DNA from: Paragordius varius
Lineage: Eukaryota; Animalia; Nematomorpha
Assembly: GCA_964247055.1 (NCBI GenBank)
Contig: OZ176053.1
Span: 434,001-498,000, forward strand
Direction: 5' to 3'
Length of the DNA stretch: 64,000 nt
A program made the translations under genes and the position numbers. The notes below the pieces were generated by a model. It made no database searches. It saw only the letters and a program-made list of their open reading frames with translations, and was not told where the DNA came from. Positions 13,595 through 27,300 of this stretch are shown piece by piece (within the stretch, counting starts at the first letter, position 1; each line of letters opens with the position of its first letter).

Positions 13595-13900
13595 CCTTTC
13601 ATACTATTTTGAGCATGATGGAAACGATATAAACGGTTGAGATGTTATAACATTTTAAATATATAATTCGATAATGCTAATTTCTCACACGGATTTTGAT
13701 TGAAATATTTCTTCGTTTTCAAAATTATATTAGATAAAAATTGTTTTTTTTTCACAAAAATGCACCAAAATTTGCAAGCAAACATTAAACTATGAATGTT
13801 CAACATCATCGAATTATTTGGAAAAAGAATTTTATTATATCTCAAAGCGTTATATAGTTTCCATCATGCTTCAAAACAGTTTGAAGTACGCTTCAACAAA
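13595..13900. mobile_element. TIR element (family H)
   Basis: TTTTGAGCATGATGGAAAC (about 13607) is inverted relative to GTTTCCATCATGCTTCAAAA (about 13857). The right end recurs at about 40230-40275. Confidence 0.6.
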
Positions 13901-13958
13901 ATATCTCAGTTTTATTTATGCAAAAAAATGAGATAACTAATAAAAATTAATGTTCAGA

Positions 13959-14031
13959 GGCGTGATGGTATAGTAGGTAGGGCGCCGGACTCTTGCACTG
14001 CATGACAGAGTTTGAACCTCGAAATTACGCA
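13959..14031 (+). pseudogene. tRNA-derived relic (degenerate tRNA or SINE head, CTT in the anticodon position)
   Basis: A-box-like TGGTATAGTAGG and B-box-like GAGTTTGAACC. GCGTGAT pairs with ATTACGC, and a T5 run follows. The D, anticodon and T stems are broken. Confidence 0.5.
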
Positions 14032-15102
14032 ATTTTTCCATCATCACTGTCAGCCCTGGGCAGGCGAGTATTAAAGCCTTCACAAGTCCGGATACAATTT
14101 AAGTCCTTGCCCTTTAATTAAAAGGGAAAAAAGAGACTCTAAACTGTATAAAAAAAATAAAATTTAATGTTTAGGAAAAAATTAAGAAATATTATACCTA
14201 CAACCTAGTGAGTATGGATATCGTAAAAACTCTATTTTTTACGAAAAAAGGTTATTTCGAAATCATCTGTCATATATAATAAATTTAAATTTTTCTATAT
14301 AATTTTCCGTTTAATAATTGAACAAAAAATTCTAACTGTCAAACATTTATAAAAATATCATAAATTAGATTTTTAATTTTAAACGAAGCCCTAAGTGAAA
14401 GAACCATTAGCCTGAATCTTACGGTGTAGACTCCGAGATTTATAGTTTCGCCACTGCGCGAAAGGTCGTAATCCTATGTTTTATGTATATTTCGAGCAGA
14501 TTAGTTTTGTACCTCAAAATGCATTTTTTTACCAATTATGAGGTTATTTTTACAGAGGGTACTATATTAAATTCTAAAATATTTTTTTTGAATAAATAAA
14601 AGGTAAATAATGTATTTTAAAAATTATTTTTTTTATTTCAAAAAGCAGTACAAAAGTGGGCGCAGTACAGGCGCAGTTTTTTTCAGAAAACCCAGTACAG
14701 TACTGCGAAAAACAGCCTATCTGGTCACTATATTTATAAGGAGCTATAATTATCATATAAGCAAGGCCAGTTTCAAAGCAAGATTTAGCTAATTTTTAAT
14801 ACAATTAGCAGTTTCGGCACATTGATGCCATTTAAATAAATAAAAACTTGTCCATATTATGCCAACGTCAGACTACATTCAAGAAGCTTTAGTGTAGATT
14901 AAGTCAATCCTTGTTTCTTTGGATCAAGAATAATGAAAACATTCAAAAATTTAGCACGCCAAGTTTCACCTCAATAGCTTAAATTGAGTAATATGCGAAT
15001 CGCTAAAAATTTTCACATGATGGCTGTCAACTTGTAAAAATACTTTTAATAATATAAAATAAATTTTTCATTTACATTCCAAATCCTTCTGTACCCGAAA
15101 TT

Positions 15103-15755
15103 CAGAGGCATTTCTGGGGCCCGGTGCATAAATCAGTGATGGCGCCCCCCTCCATGCCCCTTGCATTAAAAAAATTAATCAAATATAAACCGTAGTCATA
15201 ACCACTCATAAATGGGCCATCATTTTGTATAATACATAAAATAATAACTTTTGCTATTTTTTTGAAATAAAATAAATTTTTTTCTAAAAAAATCCGGCAC
15301 CCCTTTGACTATGGCCAGTGGCGTACCGAGCATTTGCGGCGACCGGGGCATAAATTAATATATATATTTATATGATACTAAATTTATTCCTTTTTAAATC
15401 ATAAGCATTTTAAAAAATAATGTTTTTGTTGCAATATTGAATTGATCTTATGATAATGGCGAATATTGATTTAAAAATAATTGTAAATCTAAGCGAATTT
15501 TAAAATACAATTTTAACAGAATTACAATGCAATTTATTTAATAAAATATTAATTATATGAAGATATTATCACTTGCAAAGGAAAAAAGCAACTAAGAGAA
15601 AAAATATTTTTTATGTAAAACTTTTTCTGGCTTTTGATATTGCAAAATTATCAATTACATCATTAAAATCTATCATATTAAATTAGGCGCCCAATAACGG
15701 CGCCCAGGGCAGGATGCACCCCCTTGCCCCCCCCCCCCCCCCCTTGGCTTCTATA
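15103..15755. mobile_element. Two adjacent GC-rich-ended non-autonomous elements (hAT-Tip100-like), about 15103-15310 and 15316-15755
   Basis: CAGTGGCGTACC start, GGCGCCC motifs and C-rich right ends; AT-rich interiors. Confidence 0.45.
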
Positions 15756-15779
15756 CATTTCGCCCATCTCTAATAAATA

Positions 15780-16590
15780 TGAAGGCCGTGCTAAAAAATC
15801 TGATTATTGCGGCAATCCATTAGTCATATTTTACCACGTCGTCGAAATTATTGAAGTGTCGCACTGCGAGGGGTACCCCATTCATGAGAAGTTGTATTAG
15901 TCAGAAGGCGGCAAAAATACACAATACCGCTATGGTCTTACGAGACACATAGCACGGTCTTGTTGCAGAAGCGATTTGACACTGGTGCGGATGGACCTGC
16001 AAGGTGAAAGCTATAATTTTTCCGACAAAATAAAGTGGTCATTACTCATCACGTTTTTTTTACTTCATAAAAATGATTTTTTTGTAACGTTTAAGGAGGA
16101 TTTTACAAGCATTTTCCTATTTGTATTCAGCAGTACTTCGTGTGAGATACCGAATTTGTTGGTGTTTTCCATTGCTTGCAGATATCTAATGATTGTTTTT
16201 TGTTACTTCTGCAAATTGTTGTTCAGTTTGAGTTGCATCATCAAATAACTCTTGCATAGCTTCTTCGCAGTTTGTGATCTATCAGAGAGCGCCACACTCT
16301 TTTACGTGAAATAATAACTTTGATCTTCGAAACCATGTTATTCATGAGTTAATCGATAATTCACCATATGTTTCTACCAGAAAACGATAACTTTCAACAG
16401 CATTCTTCTAATGGAAATACATGCCGCAAATGTTTTTTACAGCCACAAAATTCGACATGATTAATTAATGATACAAATAAGACGCTAGTTTTTAGTGAAC
16501 TCAACATGTGTATTGTCTTTTACTGTCAGATGAACAAAATGGGGTTGGTATCAAATTAATCGTATGCGTATTTTTTGTTAACCTCTTCTT
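15780..16590 (-). mobile_element. Decayed mariner (Mos1/mauritiana-like) transposon with internal deletion
   Basis: From ATG 16458: MSNFV..YFH*KNAVESYRFLVETYGE..WFRR, ELFDDATQTEQQFAE, CKILLKRYK, GDE*, NRFCNKTVLCVS*DHSG, RHFNNFDDV. Multiple stops and frameshifts. Confidence 0.85.
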
Positions 16591-17546
16591 TATAGTTAAA
16601 CCATTAATAACTTATGACTATATCCGCTAACAATGGTTCATAAACTAATATATAAATGTATATATATACCTTGTAATTTAAGCAACCACAATAATTTTAA
16701 AAGGGAAAAAAGTCTAAAAGCCGTTTTTATTTTCCATTTTTAGACACTTTCGGTGCTAGCTCATCATCATATTTAAATTTCTAAAACCGTCTTCAAACCT
16801 TTTCTTAAAGTATGGAATCCAGTTACGGTAGAATAAGTTTTCAATCTCCTGAAATCGAGTCCTGTTCAAAAAAAGCTAGTTTATGCTATTTTCATCAATT
16901 AGGCTTAACCCTTTCAAAATTTTAGTTATGGATGATACTGGGTACTACAAATGTTCTTTCCTGTATTCAGGTAACATTAATTATGTGTTCTAAATTCTGC
17001 AGAAAAATGATATTTCTTATGTTTAAAGCGTATTTAGCCACACATATATGCTTCATTATAGAGGAAAAATTAACTCGAATATAATGCTAAAGGTAGTGTT
17101 GCGGGTATTTTATATTTTGCTTAATAATGCTTCAAAAATAGTTATACGGATAATGAAACGAATACCTTTCATCTTTTACCGACGAAAACAGATTAGAGGC
17201 TTTTATAATTAAACTAAAGCGATATTTGTTCGGCCAACTATGGAAAAAAGTACCATATCATTTCATCTACCATAAAAATATATTTTCTTGCGCAAAACTT
17301 AATTGCTGATTTGATGTAATCGGTCTGTATATAACTTGAGCCTTGAATTCTGAATATAGGACCTTATAAGTTAAAATTGCTTATTATTAAAATTAGCATG
17401 GAAAAAACTGTATAGACACTGATCTAACGAATCTGTTATGTTTAAACATTCATTATCAATTTCTAGAATGTTTGTCTGTATTTTAAAATATATGATAAAA
17501 TTATTATAATGATACATTATAACTAAAATGTTAGCCATAACTAATA

Positions 17547-20500
17547 ATGATCATAATTATCATTAGATTACAAATATATTTTATAACTATCATATTTACC
17601 ATTTGGATCAGGTAATGTTTTAAATTTTTCATTTAAAAAAATGGTATTAAACTGTGTTTGCGCTTCTAAAACTATGCATTTTTTAGATATCGTTTGTCAG
17701 AACTTTGTAAAATTTTTAACTACAAATTTTTATGATATTTTTTTAAAGACCTATGGCTTGTCTACCAAACAGCGATGAAATCAAGATGATTTTAGACACT
17801 CACAATGATTTGAGAGCTTCGGTGGATCCCCCGTCTTCAGCTATGATGAAATTGGTAAAAAATATAAAATTTTGATTTAATACCGTTTAAATTTGCTGTG
17901 CAATAATGTTATTGACCTTAGTAAATAGGATCAAATTTATAAATATATATATATAGCAGCCACGTAATTTACAAAAATTAACTTTACCGTATAATTACTT
18001 TTGATGTGCTTTTTAGTTTTATAAAGGAAATTTTCAAACAAACCATGTATATGCAGCTTAAGGTCGGTCCCATACATAAATGTATGTACATATATTTAGT
18101 AAATCAAGGATACAAAACTTTTCTTCGGTCTATAACCTTTCTTTATCCGGACATTTGACATCTAATTTTGTTAGATATGAATTATAGCGACTTTTAGATG
18201 TGCAATCCAATTTTAAAATATATTAATAAAGCTAATATCAATTCCATATGAAGAGATCCGTTTTATTTAAATATTTTCTCATGTTTAAAAGCATAAACTT
18301 TTTTTTTGCCTTATTAAAAACGACCAAAAATAGATGGCAAATATCTCTATATAATTTTTTGTGATTTTTGACTGTCCCGTGACCTGCAAAAAAGCGGTTC
18401 GACTGTATATGGACATCTAAATTAATAAATACGCTTGGAATTTTAAAAAACACATATGTTTTAGAGCTGGTATCCTGAAGGCGCCCAAAAATCAGAAGCT
18501 ATGGCATCCAAATGCGTTTTTGAGCACGATACTCCAGAGATGCGAGCCACAACAGGTAGTTTAATACGAGTTAATATTTCAAGGTTTTTGCAGTAAATTT
18601 TTATATTATAAGGAAAAGTATATAAACTAAATGACTTGTATTTATATAATTAAATGGTAATTTTGTCAACGAGAGCGAAAATTTTACGTTAAAATTATAT
18701 AATTTGAATTCTCGTAAAATTTATTTGTAAATTGAACTATATCCAAAGGTTTCGATACATGGTTGGTTGTATCTTTTTTAATGGATTAACTAAAAAACAA
18801 AAGAAAATTATAATAATAACCAATTTACATCTCTATCCTTATTCAGCAACGCAAATATAGAGTATATAAAAATAAAGATATCCAACACAGATGGCTTCGC
18901 GGGCGGCATTTTTAACCCAAAAAATCCAACGGGCCGTATTCGCAATGGCATTAACAAATCTTTTATTAGTTTTTATAATAAGTCTGTAAAAACTACCATT
19001 TATTTTGAAAATTTTTGCTATTTCTTTCCAAAATTCTGAAAAACTTAATCAATACAATTGTTTAAAAAAGTCAATTTTATTTGGATTAAGGAAATCTTTG
19101 TATTAAACATTTCTCGTGGGTGGCAGAAATATTTTGGAAGGCCGTGTGTTGGATACAGCTGAAATACTATAAAAATATTGTTGCCTTTATAAAATTCTAA
19201 GTTTTTACGCGTTTTGTCTTCTTTAATTTTTTACTGTAAAATTTGGGGGTTTGCATAATTTTTACCCAAAGTTTTTTATACAAAACTAACTTAAAAAGAT
19301 TATGACAATGGGGGCCAAAATCTTTTTCAAACCACAGGGACCGCGGAATGGAATGAAGTAGTTTTAGCTTGGCACAGTGAAATACAAAATTTTCGCTTCG
19401 GACAGGCTACTAAACAAGTTATTGGACATTATACACAAGTAAAATATAAGGTGCCACTACTTGAAATTAATCAAACCCTAAAATTATTTAAAGTTTTTCC
19501 TAAATAATAATTACTTTCTGATAATTGACATTTTTAAATTTTTCAAAAACGGATATCTAATATAACATTCAGTAACAAAATGGATTTTTTTATAACTTAT
19601 CTCAAAACCACACAAATAATTTTACGGGCCGCATTCGAAATATATGTAAGGCATTCATAAATATTTTATTAGATTTTAAACATATGGCTGTAAAATGCAC
19701 CACAATTTACCGCTTTTTTCTAGTGTGTTGTCGATTGAATAATACACTTTTTAAAAAAAAATTGCGTAATAAATAATATTTTTACTAAGATTTTTTGAGT
19801 AAATTTTCCAATTATGGATTTCCAAATTTTTCGTGGACCGCACATAATATCTGAAAGGGCGGTCTGTTGGACACCCCTGCTATACCCATTAATATTAGAT
19901 TAATCATTGTATCAAAGGATATTTTTATAATGGATAAACCACTGTATTTCCCAGCTACAGAATCGTAAAATATTGATTAACATATGTTTACCTTTTGATA
20001 TTTGGCTACATTAGGTTTAGAACAGGGGTGTAACTGGAGAACCGTATTTTTTACTCAGAAAATGGCGGGTCGCATCCGATATATATTAGGGCATTAATTA
20101 TTATTTAGATTTCTAACATAAGATTATAAAATGAAGACACAATATAAGACTTTTTCTAGTTCGTTGCCAATTATTTAAACATATTCAAATAAGATGTTTA
20201 AGAAATATCATTTTTATTAATATTTTGGTTTTGCAAATTAAATTTTCCAAATTTTTCGTGGGCACATAATGTCGCGGAGGGCCGCGTGTTTATATGATTA
20301 CAATTGCGAATATAATTAAAATACCTATATAAAAAAAACAAAATCGAAAGTTTAAAATATTTGTTTTTATATATCTTTTATATTTTTTTAGGTTGTTTGG
20401 GGTGCTTCTAAACTGGTTGGATGTGGAATGTCAGATTGTGGGAATGTTAAGATTTACACATGCAATTATTATCCCCCGTATGGTATTATCATATCTTTGT

Positions 20501-21852
20501 TTTTTACCATATTTCGAAAAAAATAAAATGGATAAAGGACTGAAATATTAACGTATTTGAGACATGTTTCAAGTCAGCTTTTAGCTCTGAGCGTATTGTT
20601 TTCACAAATTTAGAATAAAACTTTTTATTATTTTACAAGCAAAAAAAAACATTTTATGTGACGATTCTAAAAAATATTTTGCCTTTTCTGGTTACGTTGT
20701 TTTTAGTCAATTAGTTATGTGATTGATTTTATTTTTTATTTATTGCCCTAAAATTACATCTTAGAATATTTTTTCAATTTCTTAACGGTACAAGTTGATA
20801 GTTTTATCAAAGCTGAGCTGACCTGAACATGGGGCATTCATGCACTTCTTGATAATTTCTAAGAATTATCAAAAATTAATAGATACTAATAAAATATGTC
20901 AAATGTAAGAGAAAAATAAGACAAAAAAATATGATTTCGTTATTTTTACCAAAGCCATTCCTGTCCATGTAAAACAATCACTCTATTTTGTCTCAAAATA
21001 TGGTTTTAGATTTTCGCCATTAAAATTTGATTTTGTTTTTATTTTTCAGGGGTAATTACATCCCGATAGAGTTTCCATACCTAAAGTCTGAAAGCCGCTC
21101 ATGCCATGGTTGTACTAATGGGGCCACCTGCGTTAGTTCTGGTCCCTACAAAGGAAAACTTTTAGAGAATTGTGGTAAATATTTTAGATATCGATCAAAT
21201 ATAATTTTATAAGAAAAATTTTTTTTTTAATTTTATAAGAATTTACAGTCATGTGTCCTTTATTTTATCAAAAATTTATTTTCTTGCGTTAAATGCGTAT
21301 AAATATATGTAAAGAATGGAAAAAACAAGAGCTCTATGGTATTAACAATATCATATTCATCAAAAAAGTAAAAGAATAACCATAGAGCTCTTGTTTTTTC
21401 CATTCTTTACCAAATATTTATGCACATTTAACGAAAAAAAATATTTTAATATAATAAAGGGTGCATGACTATATATTTTTTTCTGCTATCAGATTTCATC
21501 TGTAGGATGGAAGGTGACTGTCAAGATGTTGACAAAAAATCTGAAAAAAGTATTAACGCCTTTTTTTCGAAAAAAATTTCTTTTAAATTTTATTTTTTTA
21601 TTTTTTTTTTATATTTAATTTATATTAGATGGTGAGTGGTTTCCCCATGGAACATTTTTCGGTGATGATCTCTTTATAAAAATGAATCAACTGTATAACC
21701 AAACCAAATTTAGAAATATGCAAAAATCAAAAACTGCTAAGAAGAACAGCGCCAACTCTCACAAAGAATTAAACATTGTTGTCAACATTTATTTTTTATG
21801 CTATTTAAGTCTGTACATAATTTACAATTTTTATTATAAATTCTTTGTATAA
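17547..21852 (+). CDS. CAP/SCP superfamily (GLIPR1/CRISP-like) protein, 297 aa, with signal peptide and hydrophobic C-terminal tail
   Basis: Exons 17547-17611, 17749-17854, 18465-18555, 19299-19438, 20392-20477, 21050-21174, 21493-21549, 21629-21852. Motifs HNDLR, KCVFEH, GQNL, GHYTQVVWG, VGCG and YTCNYYPPGN, followed by a Cys-rich hinge. Confidence 0.9.
18879..20290. mobile_element. Cluster of hAT-like non-autonomous elements (about 18879-19161, 19600-19879 and 20023-20290) in CAP introns
   Basis: Ends ...GTTGGATACAGCTG, ...GTTGGACACCCCTG and CAGGGGTG..., with subterminal GGGCCGCA motifs typical of hAT MITEs. A related fragment lies at about 40065-40095. The span also contains CAP exon 4. 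Confidence 0.6.
20562..20830. mobile_element. TIR element (MITE)
   Basis: CATGTTTCAAGTCAGC versus GCTGACCTGAACATG inverted ends. Confidence 0.5.
21246..21470. mobile_element. Palindromic Tc1-like MITE with a perfect 32-bp inner stem
   Basis: CAGTCATG / CATGACT ends; 21309-21340 is the exact reverse complement of 21379-21410. Confidence 0.7.
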
Positions 21853-22697
21853 TTTATTAGAATATGTTATTTGAGAACAAATTTTATAAAATGAAATTAA
21901 TGATTATAGGAAAAAAACAGGGCTTCAAATCGGAATTGGAACCACATGGAACGGAACGCGAATCTTTAGATTTTAGCAGGAGTTGGTATCATTGGTTTGA
22001 AGCAACTTCCAAAATAAGTGTTTCGTTCCCATATTCTTAATTTTTAAAAATTTCCATATAATTTCTAAATTATTATACAAAGTTGATTGTATGATAACAT
22101 TTTTCTTCACGTTTTCCATGAAAATGGAATAATCATACCAAAAAATTTTATTTTAATACAATTCTAGAAATATATTAACAACTTCATTTCTATCCGATTC
22201 AAATCAATTCACCATGTTGACATTTTTTTCAGATTTTTAATCTTTAAAACTTTAAGACGACTGCAGAGCAGACATAAAAGTTAACTTTGTGTAAAATTTT
22301 ATAAACTATATGTAAGTGTCTCATAGCTTAGGAAATACGATATCCAGGATATGCCTTATTTTCCCTGCTATAAATTATAAATTATTCTCTTTAAATAATT
22401 TGACAACCTAAATTTTTTTCAATCTTAAAAATTATAACATCTATAATCAATTACCCATAACTAAAAAAATCAGCCACACTATATTTCAGTGGTAGTGCTT
22501 AAACCGTTGCACACCGGGTGTATGAAGCGGTTGATTTTTTTTGTCCACAGATTTTGAAAAAATATTAAAATTTTACCATGTAAGGGTACATTAGCGGGCT
22601 CCCAATACAATATATGTTTGATTTAGCAAAAATATATAAAACCAGGATCTGGCCATTTAGAATTTTATAATTAATTAAGATATTTATATATATTTAA

Positions 22698-23252
22698 CAT
22701 TTTGATTCAAATTGGGGTATCTAAATACCACAGACTTAATTTAAGTTTGGATTTTTAAAAAACTATTGAAGGAAACGGTTCCAATTTAAATTTATGTTTA
22801 TAACCTAAAAAAAATTATAAAATATGCCAAAATATCTAAATAAAATTTTGTTTTGAAAAAAAAGTTCCATGTCAAATTACTTCGACGCCATTTTTTTTCA
22901 CAAAATTTTTGCAAAATATCTTCTTCACTAATTTTAAGGGTAAATATTTAAATTATAATTAACAATGAGAGAAATAGAAAAAGCTATTTATTTTGTTTTA
23001 TTTTTCTATTTTACCATTTTACGCATGTCATGTTGACTAAATTTTTACCTTTCGGTTTTAGCTTAATATAAGTAATATCAAGTATTTTTGAATTATTTTT
23101 ATATATTTCGGTTTATTAATGTTATAAGTGCAAGATTTTGCCATGGTTACGATTCCTTCCATATTTTTAAAATTTGAATTTATACAGGCTTGGGGCATTT
23201 AATTACCCTAATTTGAATCGAAGGACTAAAATGAATGTGTTGTATCCAAGTG
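22698..23252 (+). mobile_element. piggyBac-like MITE, family D copy 1
   Basis: TTAA at 22694-22697 and 23253-23256; right end ATCCAAGTG; subterminal inverted repeat GATTCAAATTGGGGTA. Homologous along its length to copies 2 and 3. Confidence 0.8.
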
Positions 23253-24382
23253 TTAACAGCCAAGTATCCGGTAATACGTTGTAAGTGAGTGCAACTGCTC
23301 TTTACACATACTCTTCTCCAAACCTAAAACTAAGTGCTTAATAATTTATAAGCCACGAATCTGTTTTAACATTAGGAATTTGGCTTCCCCAAAGGGCATA
23401 ATAATTGTGAAATAATACACAGTGACAGCTTACAGTTCGATAACAAACTATCAACAGAAGTTGTTACGTACCATATTTTCTTTTAAATTATGTTTTAAAT
23501 CACAACTGATGGATTTTAGTCTCATATCATAATAAAAATGTTAATAGTATAATGAAAAGTCAGGGGCTAAAATGGAACGGGTTTTTTATGTAAGAAACTG
23601 GTCATGAACAGTTTTTTAGGAACCAATCCGGTTCCCTTTTTCTTTGATCAGGACCCAGGTTTCCATTCCAAATTTTAAGAAGTACCCCAGTTTTATTTTT
23701 AAAATTTTGGAGCCCAGACCGGTTCCGGTTTTAACCGTTGTGAAACCACTCTGTACCTTTTCACTGTTTGTAGCCATGGAAAAAATCTTGAATGAAATTT
23801 GTAATTGGAAATTGGATCAAAACAAACATTTTAAAATCAAGTACCTTTTTCATACACTACATTACTTTTTGGGGTAGTTTTCTATCTTAGAGCGATTTGT
23901 AATTTGTATACCCCAATATTTAAGCTATTAAGCTTAAAAAAATATGCTTTCTTTAGTCTTTTATACTTATTATGTAAAATTATTTTTTGAAAAAATATAA
24001 AATTTAAAACAATCCCAATCTAAAACATTTTTGGAGCCATTTTCTTTCTAATTTTTTTTTAAATTTTTTATGGAACAAGTAAATAATTATATATTATATA
24101 GAAAATATAAATAGTTAGCTTAATAAAGCTTTCAGGCTACATTTTCCGGCAAATGTTTGGATCGGTCCATTTTTAGACTCTCTGTGTTACAAAACTAATT
24201 ATAAGTTTTTTATATAATACAGGAGAACAATGTGTGTTAAATTTTATCTATAACTTTCCAAACTGCAGTTTATTTACAAAATTCAGCTCTGGTATATCCA
24301 AAAGTGAAAAAAAGCAGAGAGCAAAACCCACGCGCAATAAAAATGTAATTATATTTTACCTTTCGAAATTCGGTGATTTCAC

Positions 24383-27300
24383 ATGGATTTGTTCACACCT
24401 TACAAGAAAATAGGAGCATATTGTGATAAGAATCCGTTTGTTTTGAAGTTTAACGAAAAAACAAAAGATTATGAAATAATATGTAGCGTAGGAAATGTTT
24501 TCCATATTTACAAAGTATTTATATTTTTATTTGTTTATTGATGGTTATTATATGAATATATAATATGATTATTAGATAAATGGGTTGCGGTTAATAGCTG
24601 TTTCTAAACCCTTTGAGAGCCCAATAAACACGATTGCTGCGGATTACAAATTTATATATGTTGCTTGTGGATCTGATATACACATAATTAACATACATTT
24701 TGATTTCCATAAAACATTGTCTTTAATCGATAAAGATAAGCACATTGAAAACAAAACTTATATTATAAAACATTTATTACCTTTTGGAACAAAACATTTA
24801 ATATCTGTGGATTCAATTTCAACTGTTAGGGTATGGGAAATTGAAACGCAAACCCTTTATTTTGTCATTAACTTTGGTGTGGCCCAATTTGCGGTTAGTA
24901 ACTATTTGTTTATTTAATCATATTATTAAGGGAAAATTAAATGACATTTTTTCTTATAAAGGATTCATACTTTTTATAACGACCTTTATCATTGATATAC
25001 GGACAAAACACAAAAATATAAAGACAAATATTTTTTGTTAAAAGACAACCAAACTTAAATCTTCTTTTTTAATTATAACTCATTGTTTAAAATTGCAAAG
25101 CATGGAGTCACGGATATCGGTAACACAATTAATTTTATATTTTATAGTGGGAATTAAATATTTTATATAAAAATTATGCGTTTAAATAAAAAGTATTGTT
25201 GTCTTTAATAAAAAAAATTTGTCTATATATTTTTACGTTTTGTTCGTATAATTTCAATACTGTAATAGAATTTCCAAATTACACTTCTATATTTGGAAAC
25301 CCAAATATATGAAATAAATCTAATAAAAGTTATGGTTATCCTTAAAATAATATTTGTCTTTTAATTTTCACATTTTTTCTTTATAAACATAATAAGAGTT
25401 TACTTAAATTGCTTAAAAAAACTAAAAACATCAAAATTTTGTGCTACTGTTCTCTCTTAAAAAATGTATTTAATATTTTTTATAGACTTTTTAAAAATTA
25501 ACAAATTAATATTTCATTTGAATCAAATCAAATTTCTTTATTAGCCCGGTTTTTGGTTTTCCAAATACGGTTTTAACTTACAATCAAATGTTTTAATCTT
25601 TATTTAATGTACCGCAAAAAAGTTTATTTTATTACAGTATGCATTTTAATGGTTGCTTATTTCACACTATAATAGATTGCCAGACAGTAGTGTATGGAAA
25701 AAACAATATAATGTTGATTAAACAATTTGTTCTTTTCTTTTTTTCCATACCCTACTGTGTAGGGCGAATTGCCCCCTAATATAGTGTTGTGGAATAAGCA
25801 AGCAACCCTAAATGCATATTGTATATTTATATATTCAAACTCATTGAACATTTTTATAAAGTATATTTATGTAACCGCTAAATTTAATTTTTTCTAAACA
25901 TTTATTGATATCCAACATTCATAATGAAATTGATATTGATATAAGTACCTTTAGAAAGATAGATATTCTTGTTTATGCGGATGTTTTTTGATGCCAATAA
26001 AAAAAGTTTTGTCTGTTTAAACCAACCAACTATTAAAGGTAACTAAGACAACGATTTCTTTATTTCATGATTGCGCCATGGTTTTAAAGTGTGATTTTAT
26101 CCTTAAAAAAAGGAAGAAAGTGACTTTAAACTGTATATATGTATATATATATATATATATGTATATATATTTAATAATTACAGTAAAAATTAAATTATAC
26201 GGACAAAAGGTGAAAATATAAAGACAAATATTTTTTGTTTAAAAGGACAACATACTACTTTAATCTTGAAGTTTTTAAATATAACTCATAGTTTTAAACT
26301 ACAAAGTATAATATAGAGAAATGTAAATTGGTAACATACACAATCAATTGTGTATTTTACGATTGCAATTAAATGTTTTTTATAGTATAGGATAAATTAA
26401 GGGGTTTAAAAAAGTTTATGGTTGTGTCTTTTGAAAAAAAAATTTGTCTTTATATTTTAGCATCATTTTGTCCGTATAATTTAAATACTTACTGTATTTT
26501 CAGATAAATTGTTTAATCCATCCCCACACTTATCTGAACAAAATTTTGTTTGGCTCTCAACAAGGATCCCTCCAACTCTGGAATATTAAAAGTGGTCAAT
26601 GTATTTACACCTTTAAGGGTTGGGATAATTCCCCCGTTAATGTGTTACAACAGGTTTTTGTTTTTCGTTCTAACATTTAAAGATTGAAAAGATACATAAG
26701 TTTTTAAAAATCACTTTTTTAGCTTTTTTTATTTAAAAGATTAGATTAAATGCTATTTATGGCATTTAAGGACAGTTTTAGGCATTTTTAAGAGGCATTT
26801 TATATTTAAAGCAATATATATTTTATTATAGATAGCAAAATAACCACACTTTTTGATTGAAAAATAGTATTTTAATGGTTACTTATTTCAAAGCTATAGT
26901 AGAGCAATTTGTAATACAGTATTGTATAGAAAAAAAGGAACAAAAACTGTTGAATAAAATAAACATAAATTTGGTCAACTATTCTGTTAAATAATCATAT
27001 CCATTAATATACATACTCTAAAAGTAGAGCATATTTTCTTATAAAATAAAAATTTTTTTTGCTAAAAACAATTTTTTCAGTTGTGTAAAAAATAAAAATT
27101 TAATTATTATAGATTATAATTGCATTATAAACTGCTCGAATTTTTTAAAATTATCAATTTCATAAAATGTGGAAAAATAACTACTATTTCTATTTGTTGA
27201 TAATAAGATATAATTTGAATTTATTATATTTATAAGTTGATTTTAATTTTTATTATTTAACTCATTTTTTTACAAAGTTTTATGCTCAAAAAATTATTTT

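Noticed and set aside
16926-16970. AG/GT-bounded segment as the first coding exon of the CAP gene
   Set aside because: A better ATG with a signal peptide exists at 17547. This segment could only be a 5'UTR exon, which cannot be verified here.
21918-23730. GGAACC/AACCGG-rich segments (about 21918-22003 and 23561-23730; also about 63040-63260) as one defined transposon family
   Set aside because: They are probably MITE relics, but I could not fix termini or TSDs well enough to call them.
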